A stretch of 64,000 bases of DNA from Schmidtea nova. Its lineage: Eukaryota. Shown here piece after piece: positions 26,156 through 35,575 of this stretch. Both the position numbers and the translations under genes were made by a program. The notes below the pieces were generated by a model. It saw nothing but the letters and a program-made list of their open reading frames with translations, had not been told where the DNA came from and made no database searches. Location of the stretch: assembly GCA_044892505.1 (NCBI GenBank), contig CM097882.1, forward strand, positions 321,966,001-322,030,000. The letters are read 5' to 3'. Each line of letters starts with the position of its first letter. Position 1 is the first letter of the stretch.

Positions 26156-26505
26156 AACCCTTTTTTTCAAGGGACAAACCGCTAATAACCCTTTGTTTCA
26201 AGGGACAAATCTCCTAACCCTTTGTTTCAAGGGACAAATCTCATAACCCTTTGTTTCAAGGGACAAATCTCATAACCCTTTGTTTCAAGGGACAAATCTC
26301 ATAACCCTTTGTTTCAAGGGACAAATCTCCTAACCCTTTGTTTCAAGGGACAAATCTCATAACCCTTTGTTTCAAGGGACAAATCTCATAACCCTTTGTT
26401 TCAAGGGACAAATCTCCTAACCCTTTGTTTCAAGGGACAAATCTCCTAACCCTTTGTTTCAAGGGACAAATCTCATAACCCTTTGTTTCAAGGGACAAAT
26501 CTCCT
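26156..26505. repeat. 29-bp tandem array, 11 near-perfect copies plus 1 degenerate
   Basis: Unit aaccctttgtttcaagggacaaatctc(a/c)t, period 29 from 26187 to 26505. Confidence 0.97.
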
Positions 26506-26984
26506 AACTTTACTTAACCGGTTAATCACAATTCCCTACTTCGCTAGCGATTAAAATTTCTCAGCTGAGTTATAACTACTTCTATGCGAGCTGACTATGC
26601 ACCTTTCTATTCTTTCAAAAATGTCATTTATCTCTCTATTCTATCCTAACTAAATTCTGATCAGTCTGCTTCAACTTTTTATTTATTTTTCTTATGCGCG
26701 CTTTACTCCATCAAGATTTCCCTATCTCTCTCCCCAATCAAAATATACAAAAAGATCGCGTTGGTCCATTAATGCAGGATGTGGTGATCAGTCACATCAC
26801 AAAAACTTTCCAACATTTGCGATGGGCCCCTTTCTATACACCCTGACTAGGTTGATCAATCGGTACCTCCCAATGGGTTCTTATCGGACTACTTTGTAGT
26901 AGCTCAAAAATTATTTATATATTACAATTGTACCCATGATTTCATCATTAATAGACCAACAAAACTCCACTTAAACATTATTTA

Positions 26985-27446
26985 TTATAAATATACAATA
27001 ATTTTATCGTCTATCATCAGGTTGCACATAGGACATAGGTCGCATTTGCTGGCACATATTTTACAAAAGCGAAAATGTCCGCAAGGTAAAAACATAATTT
27101 GTATCTCGTTATCCTCACATATATAGCACTGTCGGTATTTTTTCGCTGCTTCTACCCCCTGCGCCCTCCATTGATTGTATGTTGGGGTTAATCGTTGTTC
27201 TATTTGCCTGCACTTAATGTTTAGTTCTGCATTTTCTAATCGTGCTCTGTACCATTTGTAGCGGGTCTCTATGTCGATTTTTCTTGTTCTTTCTGTTATC
27301 TTTATTAATTCATCTGTTTCCTCAGTCTGTGTTGTGGGTTCTTGAAATTCAATTTCTCTAAATCGGTTTATTTTCTTGCCAATCGTTTCTAATGTTTCGC
27401 TTTCTGTGTTGAGGAATTCTTCGATTTCTTTCAGTTTTTCCTCCAT
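26985..27446 (-). CDS. Coiled coil plus C-terminal IAP-type RING (C3HC4) E3 ligase, no BIR domain
   Basis: CYICEDNEIQIMFLPCGHFRFCKICASKCDLCPMCNLMIDDKIIVYL matches the IAP C-terminal RING pattern C..C......vFlPCGH..C..C.....CP.C..I. Confidence 0.85.
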   Translation of the reverse strand: MEEKLKEIEEFLNTESETLETIGKKINRFREIEFQEPTTQTEETDELIKITERTRKIDIETRYKWYRARLENAELNIKCRQIEQRLTPTYNQWRAQGVEAAKKYRQCYICEDNEIQIMFLPCGHFRFCKICASKCDLCPMCNLMIDDKIIVYL

Positions 27447-27751
27447 TTACTGAATAAATAATTGTTTTTAACTTTGTTATTTTTATCATTTCTAAAGTAG
27501 TCATATGTTTCGTTTTGTATCTTTTAATATTTAACAATCCTCCCCGTGTTTCCGAAAATTGTCGTCCCGACAAATTATCTATGCATGCATTTAATTTTTA
27601 ACTTCACTTTTGTTCACTGTCATGTTGTTATTTTAATACAATAATTTAAATTTAATTATAACCTTTCTGTTTTTTATTAAATTAATTGACACGAGCATTT
27701 TAAACTTCTCTGCAGGTTTTACATTTACATTTTTCCGATAAAACGAAGTTG

Positions 27752-27769
27752 ATCCCGGCTGAGCCCCCA
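27752..27769 (-). promoter_or_regulatory. Primer-binding site, tRNA-Pro-like
   Basis: Minus strand TGGGGGCTCAGCCGGGAT; 16/18 identical to the MLV tRNA-Pro PBS TGGGGGCTCGTCCGGGAT; 6 nt inside the LTR end. Confidence 0.85.
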
Positions 27770-28243
27770 AATTTATGCTGGGTTCATGGAGGGGTTAGAT
27801 GAAAAATGCTCTAACAATGACTAGGGATCCCTCATCCATGATCATGCATAAAATTGCAATTCTACACTCAAGCGCCCTGGATTATTTCCCTGTATAATCA
27901 AGTTGGTGATGCGCAGGGTGGTTAAACAATGATGGGCAGGTGAGCACTATCGCTAGTACTACTCCCCATTTATGTTTACGGGTTCATCGCTGCCGTTAGA
28001 AGGACTTATGCTTTAATCATCTACTTATGTATTCCGCGTTAATCTTTCAGAAAATTTAATTTTATTATTGCTCAGTCTGCGAGAAGTATTTCAACGAATG
28101 CTCGCTTAATTATTTAATTATCTCTATTCGATATTTTGTAAAATGAATTTATACTTTTGTTCTATCTTTACCTAATCATTGGTAAAGCTAATTAAATCAA
28201 TTTAAATGAACGATAAAATTCTTAAGCCAATACAACAATTTAT

Positions 28244-28840
28244 TCAATTTTTAATGAGTTCGGTAAAAACTCCCGCCGGAGGAAAAATCTCTGTCAATAA
28301 TGCCTCCTCGGTCATCTGATGTAGACCATCGACTTGGCTTTGTAATTGCTGGGCAAATAATTTTCTCTGTCTCCGCCGTTTCTGCCCAATGCGCTTGCGT
28401 TTCTGGTGCGCATTTACCGATGAGGTGGTTGAATTTACTGCAGGAGCTGTCTCATTCCGATTTTCGATTAGATCTGCGACATCCGTACCAATGGAATTCA
28501 CAGTCTTCTTCTCTGATGTCCAAGCTTGGTACGTAACTGGACGGATTTGCTCTCTGAGCTCCCTCTCAATATATGAGGCAGTTACGGAATGGAGGCATTT
28601 TCGGAGTTCTATCTTTGTAGCCTCCCATTCCATTTGGTACTCGGCTGCAGTCTGTTGGGCGCGCTCGGTTTTACTGATTTGCTCCTTCATTCGGGCCGGA
28701 GCAAACCAGCTTTTGCGCAAATATGCAATCTGTGCCTCTGCTTTGATCAATTGTGCCTTGAGGAGACCCACTTCCTTGTCCTGGGCCCTCCGAATCCGCC
28801 ACATCTTTTCCAATTCCCTCTGTATCGAATCGGTGGTCAT
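28244..28840 (-). CDS. LTR-encoded 198-aa protein (5' LTR copy)
   Basis: Identical translation to 1613-2209. Confidence 0.65.
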   Translation of the reverse strand: MTTDSIQRELEKMWRIRRAQDKEVGLLKAQLIKAEAQIAYLRKSWFAPARMKEQISKTERAQQTAAEYQMEWEATKIELRKCLHSVTASYIERELREQIRPVTYQAWTSEKKTVNSIGTDVADLIENRNETAPAVNSTTSSVNAHQKRKRIGQKRRRQRKLFAQQLQSQVDGLHQMTEEALLTEIFPPAGVFTELIKN

Positions 28841-29026
28841 TCTATAATTGGTTTAGGATATTTACTTCATGATTAAATGATGTGAAAAAATGAAACTGAT
28901 TATAGGGTTATTTGGCTACGAATATGAATTATTAAAAACACAATACTAAAACTCAAAACAACAAAACAAAAACACTGCTGAATATTAATATTTAATCACA
29001 ACTTTTAAAGATTTGACAATCAGTTC

Positions 29027-29506
29027 TTATCTCCGAAACAGGCTATGCAGTTCGCTGTTAATCGGTTTCTGACGGAGACGAGCCCAAGAGAATGAGGGTT
29101 GTCCTTTCTGGCACTCCTTGCCGAACGGTTTTCGTGGCAGGAATTCGTGTAGGCCTAGTTGGCATAGTTCCCGACGAGGGATATGCCCCCAATAAATTAC
29201 ACGGCTTGTCCGTCCATCGGTGTCCTTGATCAGTACGACAAGGCGGCCAAATTTGTTCGAGTACGGCCTTTGAGAAATCGGCCAGTTCGGTCCTCCTCGA
29301 TAGAATATTTGGTCGTGCCCTCCTGTCCATATCGAGAACGGGCATTTTCGGCCAAACCCCTGTCGCCACTTATACATTTGGCAGTTGAGGGTCCGCAATA
29401 TCGATGCTGGTAGATCCTTGAGCTGCGAGATATTTCCATTTCGTAGATTCACTTGTTCCATATTCCGTAGTTGAGTCAATCGATTTATAAGTTCAGCTGT
29501 CGACAT
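29027..29506 (-). CDS. LTR-encoded 159-aa protein (5' LTR copy)
   Basis: Identical translation to 2396-2875. Confidence 0.55.
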   Translation of the reverse strand: MSTAELINRLTQLRNMEQVNLRNGNISQLKDLPASILRTLNCQMYKWRQGFGRKCPFSIWTGGHDQIFYRGGPNWPISQRPYSNKFGRLVVLIKDTDGRTSRVIYWGHIPRRELCQLGLHEFLPRKPFGKECQKGQPSFSWARLRQKPINSELHSLFRR

Positions 29507-30621
29507 CTATATTACATTTATTGGATATAAAATATCTGAGTTAAGGGGGGAAAATTCGTTGATAATTTAATTATACTGTATATAATCACAAAAGTTACTT
29601 AAAAATAATAAGGTAAATTTTCTTTCTCTCCGCCGTGATCTACCATGGTCGGAATAAAGAGTTCATAATTAATCCTGTGCTATGTACAGCAGTCAGGAAA
29701 TTATAAAATTTATTCGAAAATTCTCCGCGCTATATACAGCGATCGGAAGATAAATTAGATATCCGCGCCATGTACGACGATCGGTCTATTTTTAGAGTTT
29801 CATGACTTGATGTGGATTCTCCGTCGCATTCCAATGCGATCGGTATTTATCGATCGGGTGACGCTGTAGGTGAGATACTAATTCCGAATGAAATCGGACT
29901 TTAACCTTCATTGAAATTTTCCATTTTATCGAAATTATATGAATTAGTTTTATTTATTTATCCTTATTCTCCATGCTGGAGGTTCAAATTAGGCTCATTT
30001 TTCTATGCGTTATGATGCTGAATACACCCTACCCTGGGGTGTCTCCCATTACCCAGCTACTCTCCCTATTTAGCCCTCGACACTCGTCCTCTGTGCAACC
30101 AAATGATGACTTTTTACTTATCGCCAGAAAACTGTCTGGACGTATTCGCATTATCGATATTCTGTGACTGAAAATTTTACTCGACTAAATAAGCATTAAA
30201 ATTCTCTAATCTCGCTGATAAATATCTAGTTAAATTTGAATGATGTAATTTAATTATTTCAACTACCAAATTAAATATGAAAACCGGAAACAATAAAAAG
30301 GTTGAACCGCCATGTGAGACCCTGAGGCCCCACGACGACGACTCGGACTCCCTCGCCGCGTGAGCAGCATAGGAAGTATAGCTATATGCATTAAAGTGTC
30401 AATAAAAATAATCAATGAAAAAATAAAATAACGTTTACATATAAACTTTTAATTAAATAAAAATCATGGGTACATCATATAAGATAACATAAAAAAATTA
30501 CTTCCGTACTTGAATGTGTGGTTCCTTGTATGAAGTTCGGTTCTTTCAAAAATTATTACTCAAATCAAAGTTTAGTCTTGATTGTGAGTGAAAATGTAAA
30601 ACGTCTCTGTCTGTGATTTTT

Positions 30622-30643
30622 GGATCGGTATTTATACTGATCC
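30622..30643 (-). promoter_or_regulatory. Candidate LTR promoter TATA box (TATAAATA at 30629-30636) inside a palindrome
   Basis: Plus strand ggatcggtatttatactgatcc. Confidence 0.55.
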
Positions 30644-31012
30644 GTCTGGTTGGATTGACCAATCAGGATCAGGCCGTCCATCAAAGTATTTTTATTATTT
30701 TATTCTAATCTAAACATTATTTTGTTTCCTTTTCCGGTTTCTCGCTGGGTGGTCCTGATTTTCCAAGTAATTAATTAATTATTTGTACTATTATTTTATT
30801 TAATTCTATTTTTTCTTATTTCAGGCCCCCTTTTGCGGTTGTTTACCGGTTTATTTTCAAAATTTCCTTTTACTGAAAATTTATCAATTATTATTTGTCG
30901 TTTTATTGTTATTTTTAATTTGTTTTTCTTGCTATTTTTATTTTTATTATTTCTTTATTGTTTCATGCTTTTGTTCGTTTTATTGTGTTTTTAGGTGATT
31001 TGGCGGGCCCAA

Positions 31013-31014
<2 letters not shown>

Positions 31015-31051
<37 letters not shown>

Positions 31052-31064
31052 TATTATTATTATT
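31015..31064. repeat. (TTA)n microsatellite directly abutting the LTR
   Basis: ttattattatt.. begins at the first base outside the LTR. Other (ATT)n tracts at 35050-35070 and ~56850-56903; (TA)n at ~35528-35572, ~48410-48465 and ~50429-50464. Confidence 0.95.
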
Positions 31065-31069
31065 AATTG

Positions 31070-32866
31070 GCAAAATGGAGAACGGATAATAGAAAGGAGA
31101 AGAATGTAGATGTATTTTTGTAGAAGAACATTTGTGTCGAGGAAGTACCGACAGAAAGAATAATTTCAGAACTGAGCAAAGAAATAAATAGCTTGAAAGA
31201 GAAAAATGGAATTCGATAAATGAAAATTTAAAGGATAAAAATGAATTTGAAAATAGGAAAAATATTTTGGAATTGGAATTAGAAGAAGAAAGAATCAAGA
31301 CAATGTCGTTAAAATTGAGAAAAAAGGAGGTGGTCGATTTAAAGACGAAACTGAAATCATGCCAGGTTAATTATGAGAATTATTGAAAAGCAAGAATGAA
31401 ATTCAAAGTAAATTGGAATTGTTATTTGAGAAATATTCAAAATTATTTGACAAGCTGGCATTAGTTAAAGCTCACAAAGGTGAGCTGGAAAAGAACTTGG
31501 GGAATTTTGAAATCGAAACAAAAAGCGCTCTTGCTGACAATTCGGCTTTAATAACACAGCTTCATTCATAAATAGAAGTTCTTCAAAATAAAATAGAAAC
31601 GATTGAATTAGAAAATAAAAGGAAATTAATGAATCAGAGGTAAAATTAGAGAATTTGGCTGAAACTGTAATGTTATCAGCTGAGATAGAAAATGTAAATG
31701 ATATTAACGACAAATTGGCAACTGTAAATCGGGAACTAGAAATAAAAATTGAACGAAATGAAATCGATTTAAATGAGCTTACTGCGAAAGAAAGGCATTT
31801 AAATGTGGAGATGAAGGAAAAAGAAAAGGATTATTTAAAACAACTTCGAGAGGCTAATGACAAAATCGCTTCTCAGCAAACCTTGGTGAAGGATTTGACT
31901 GAAGAAAATGTTAATTTATTTAATAAACTAAATGGCAGTCTTGGAATGATTGAAGATATTAAATTAAACTTGAAGTCTTTAATGATAGAAAAGATGTCTC
32001 GAAAATGGGACTCAATACAAAGAAAAAGTTGGTTAAAGAAGAGGAAATTGAAAAAGATTATTGAAGAAGAAATTTATATTTCGAACAATGTAATGAATAT
32101 TGACAAAAGATTGATCGAATCCAAAAGAGATGGAGAAATAATTGAGAGTCAATTGGTTAAATTAGAACGTAATTTAGAGAAAAATAGAACGAAATGGTTG
32201 CTGCCGCCTTATCCAGTTGTAAAGTGTGATAAGGAAATGATAAAAGTTCGGACCGTGTTCTATACAGCTGGAAAATTCATAAATAAATGCATAATGCAAG
32301 AAGCATGGATGCAGAGAATTGATTGGAAGGAAATACTTCCTCCAGAGTTGCAAAACAAGGTGAAGGTGGTGAGTATTCCACGTGTGGAATTAAAGGAGGA
32401 CGTGGAAGGTAATTAATGGTCAGAAGACGAGGAGAATAATGGGAGTCAAATTAGCTAAAAATTAATCTTTCGAAGGCGATGGAGAAATACCCTGGAATTA
32501 AAAAATCATTTTTGGAAACGGTGGAAACGAGAAGTGGTACCGATGTGGATACAGCGTTCTAAGTGGAAACGGGAACAGAATGGTCTGGAAGTAGGTCAAA
32601 TTGTATGGATTTTAGATAAAGGAGACAGTAATACCGATTATTGGCCATTGGGGAGAATTATTGAAAAGATGGTTGGAGACGATGGTCAAACTCGAGTGGT
32701 AAAGGTTTGGAGTAAAGGAAAAGAAATAATTAGACCAATATCTCAGCTGTGTTCCTTGGAGATAGAGGTGGAAGGTCAAGGAACAGTAGACTGACACGTG
32801 GAGGTTATTAGTGGTCATGGAGAGTGGGTGAAGTGATGATGTTGACAGAAAGTCAAAGGGGGAGAA
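31070..32866 (+). mobile_element. Internally deleted BEL/Pao LTR retrotransposon remnant (coiled coil, RNase H fragment, integrase C-terminus, PPT)
   Basis: QEAWMQRIDWKEILPPEL..SIPRVEL (Pao motif TIPRLEL); FWKRWKREVV..WPLGRIIEKMVGDDGQTRVVKV..RPISQLCSLE; PPT aaagggggagaa at 32855-32866 then TG. Confidence 0.85.
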
Positions 32867-32970
32867 TGGTCGCGCCCGCTTTTAAAATATTTTTAAAAAT
32901 AATTAAATAATATTTAAAATAATTAATTGCGGGGCTTTATTGCTGTGAGGGATTGTGGAGCTAGCCTGAA

Positions 32971-33012
32971 GCCGTTGGACCGTCTTATCGAAATCTATAT
33001 AAATTTTATGTG
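32971..33012 (+). other. Planarian spliced-leader exon copy (42 nt), as the 5' end of a retroposed mRNA
   Basis: gccgttggaccgtcttatcgaaatctatataaattttatgtg has 38/42 identity to the S. mediterranea SL as I recall it (GCCGTTAGACGGTCTTATCGAAATCTATATAAATCTTATATG); not followed by GT, so not an SL RNA gene. Confidence 0.85.
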
Positions 33013-33803
33013 ATAATTTAAATAATTTATGTATAATTGAACAAGAGGAAAGTTATCCACTCAACGACAATGGAACTGCAGCATTGAGTTTTACAGTGAA
33101 AAAAATTTTGAATGGATGAAAAGATTTTTAAAAGAAACTGAATTAAATTCAAAAACCATGCATTTTTATTTATTTCCCGTCAGTTCGATAACGTATCATA
33201 AAGCATACCCAGATAATCCAAAAAATCAATAAAGTCTACGAATCTCTTGTTCCTTTTCTAAATAAAACCGGCAATTTGTAAGTTATAGCAAACCTATCCA
33301 GTCGATTAATTCCCGTCTTCGAATTAGTAATATCAAATAATTCATTCGATTTTCTATTATGTTTTCTTCCACCTCAATATTGCATGGCTAAGAAACCGAT
33401 TTACGATTTAAGAAATCCCTCCCAGAATTTACTCGAACAAATGGATTTAAAATCAATTCTAGCATTGAATAGCCTGAGAAACAGTTTATTAATTCGTGAT
33501 TATTTGGGTGATTTATTTTCAATTTATCAAGAAACGCTATTTCATCTGAAAAGGTGGGCAATGTTTGGATTGATATACCACAGATCGACTTCAGGCTTTC
33601 TCAATGGAACATCTCTAGCGATAATGCTGGCGGATGTCTTTCACAGCTGTCAGCAGGAGTCCTCGACTGTCGTCGCTTGTCTTTGCGTTTTTTCCCGCTA
33701 TTACGCCGAATTGAATTGGCAATTTGGGACAGTACTGGACCGGTTATTCCGGGGAGTGAGTCCAGTGTTGAGGATCGGCAGGCATGGTGATCGGAGAGTT
33801 TAA
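33013..33803 (+). pseudogene. Processed poly(A) polymerase-like pseudogene fragment
   Basis: RLIPVFELVISNNSFDFLL..DLRNPSQNLLEQMDLKSILALNS..TLFHLKRWA..GFLNGTSLAIMLA..LNW is collinear with the PAP central domain; stops and frameshifts upstream; no intron visible. Confidence 0.78.
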
Positions 33804-33928
33804 TCTTGTTTTTTATCAACAGTCTCAGTGTAGTTCACATGTCCGTTTTTACATTTTCAGATTGTAAATTTATGTTTAAGGTCTTGTGAATTAATTTTGT
33901 TCAGTTTTATTCGGTACATAGGAATTTT

Positions 33929-34158
33929 GGAATTTATTAAAAACTTTAATTTGGAATTTATTAAAAACTTTAATTTCGAATTTATTAAAAACTTTAATTT
34001 GGAATTGATTAAAAACTTTAATTTAATTTATTAAAAACTTAATTTGGAATTTATTAAAAACTTTAATTTCGAATTTATTAAAAACTTTAATTTCGAATTT
34101 ATTAAAAACTTTAATTTGGAATTGATTAAAAACTTAAATTTGGAATTTATTAAAAACT
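33929..34158. repeat. 24-bp tandem array, about 10 copies
   Basis: Unit (g/c)gaatttattaaaaactttaattt. Confidence 0.92.
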
Positions 34159-34499
34159 GAGATTTATTTTAGATTTGTTTTACTGGGTTAGTTTTTGGTA
34201 TTTGAGGGGGGGGGTTTGGTTTAAAAAGTAATTAGTAAGATTTTGTGATTGGGTTTTTAAATGAAATTTGAAAAGTCTTTGTGACTTTTTATGAATTGCT
34301 TTGTCTTACAAATATAAATTTTGGAAAATGTTAAATAGTTGTTGTGCTGATGCTCATATTGATATTAAACAGTGTTCTGTTCAATGTAAAAACAATGAAT
34401 ATAAATCTATTGATATTAAAGGGAAATGCTATGATGATTTATCGTGGAATTTTACAAAAGCCACTACATCGGATTTATATAAGTCATTTAATGGCTTTA

Positions 34500-35000
34500 T
34501 CACGGAAAAAGTCAAATATGCATTTAAAGCGATTGCGTTAGATGTAGTACTTTCTGTTGGTGTTCGAGGTAATGATTGTGGCGTAGTTGCGACACAAAGA
34601 AAAGTCCCAGATAAAATGATTGAAAAGAGTTCAGCTACAAGATTATTTAATATAACTGAAAATACAGGTTGCGTTATGACCGATATGATTCCTGATTGCA
34701 GATCGCAGTATGCCGTGCACAAATGGAAGCTGCACGATTTAAATATAAAAATGGATACGAAATTCCCGGTTACATGATTTGTCGCAGTATTGCCGATATT
34801 AATCAATTGTACACTCAATCAGCTGAAATGAGGCCATTAGGCTGTTCAATAATCGCATTGTCATATGATAAGGAGATGGATAAGCCACTGTTATTCGAAA
34901 CCGATCCAAGTGGATTTGTAGCTGGTAATCGAGCGGTTGTGGTCGGTGAAAAGCAGTTGGAAGCTAAAAGCTATGGGAAAGAAAGCTTCGTAAAAATAAA
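34500..35000 (+). pseudogene. PSMA6: Processed proteasome alpha-6 (alpha1) subunit pseudogene, frameshifted
   Basis: KYAFKAI..SVGVRGNDCGVVATQRKVPDK..LFNITENTGCVMT; after a frameshift EAARFKYKNGYEIP..ADINQLYTQSAEMRPLGC..TDPSG. Confidence 0.9.
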
Positions 35001-35524
35001 GAATTTTCAATTGATGAGGAAATCAATCGCTGCTGGACGCGGCGAACCAATTATTATTATTATTATTATTGTTTTTTCAAGGAAGGAGAAGGCAAGATGA
35101 AAAACATGTGCTTAATATTGCCAGTCTTAAAGAGCAATGATTAAATGCTTGTGCCTAAAAGACATGCTGGGCAAGTGATCGCGTCCACAAGGGTCGTCGC
35201 TGCCACCCCCAAAGTTGGGTCAATTGGACCTGGACATCAATAGTTCGCTATCTATAGCGATCATATCTCGGTTAATCAAGGGTAGTCAGCTACCAAGACA
35301 TCATCCACAACGTAGTGTTTCATACGCCATGACCGATTTAATTAATATGTTAACAAACATTATCAAACATCGCAGAGGCCTCCCATTAGGTTATTACGGT
35401 CGTCCATCACAACGACTGGCATGTTAATTAAAATATTAAAGTTTTACGAAGAGACCAAATAACAATGGGTTTAAAATATTTTTTTCCATACGTTATGCTG
35501 TGATAGAAATAGCATTTGGCAACA

Positions 35525-35575
<51 letters not shown>

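Larger units (their letters stand above)
1163..31014 (-). mobile_element. Giant (~29.9 kb) env-bearing Ty3/gypsy (Metaviridae) LTR retroelement, Burro-like size class
   Basis: Direct repeats offset by 26631 bp; PBS next to the right LTR; domain order PR-RT-RNaseH-IN (gypsy order) in one uninterrupted ORF; multiple same-strand accessory ORFs. Confidence 0.97.
27776..31014 (-). repeat. 5' LTR, 3239 bp
   Basis: Minus strand TGTTGGG...CCCAGCA (TG..CA, 6/7 terminal inverted repeat), followed by the PBS. Confidence 0.93.
32867..35049 (+). mobile_element. Putative cargo-filled BEL/Pao 3' LTR segment (TGGT...ACCA)
   Basis: Starts tggtcgcg right after the PPT and ends cgcggcgaacca before (ATT)n; no partner LTR in the window. 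Confidence 0.45.

Noticed and set aside
26156-26505. CRISPR array (29-bp palindromic repeat)
   Set aside because: Units are head-to-tail with no unique spacers, there are no cas genes, and the context is a eukaryotic retroelement leader.
26156-26505. NF-kB sites in the 29-mer (GGGACAAATCTCC)
   Set aside because: Spacing does not fit GGGRNNYYCC.
32971-33012. Functional SL RNA gene
   Set aside because: No GT donor or Sm site after the exon; continues into PAP-like mRNA sequence.
35100-35430. Non-LTR restriction-like endonuclease fragment on the minus strand
   Set aside because: Only a vague QLWGW resemblance with several stops.
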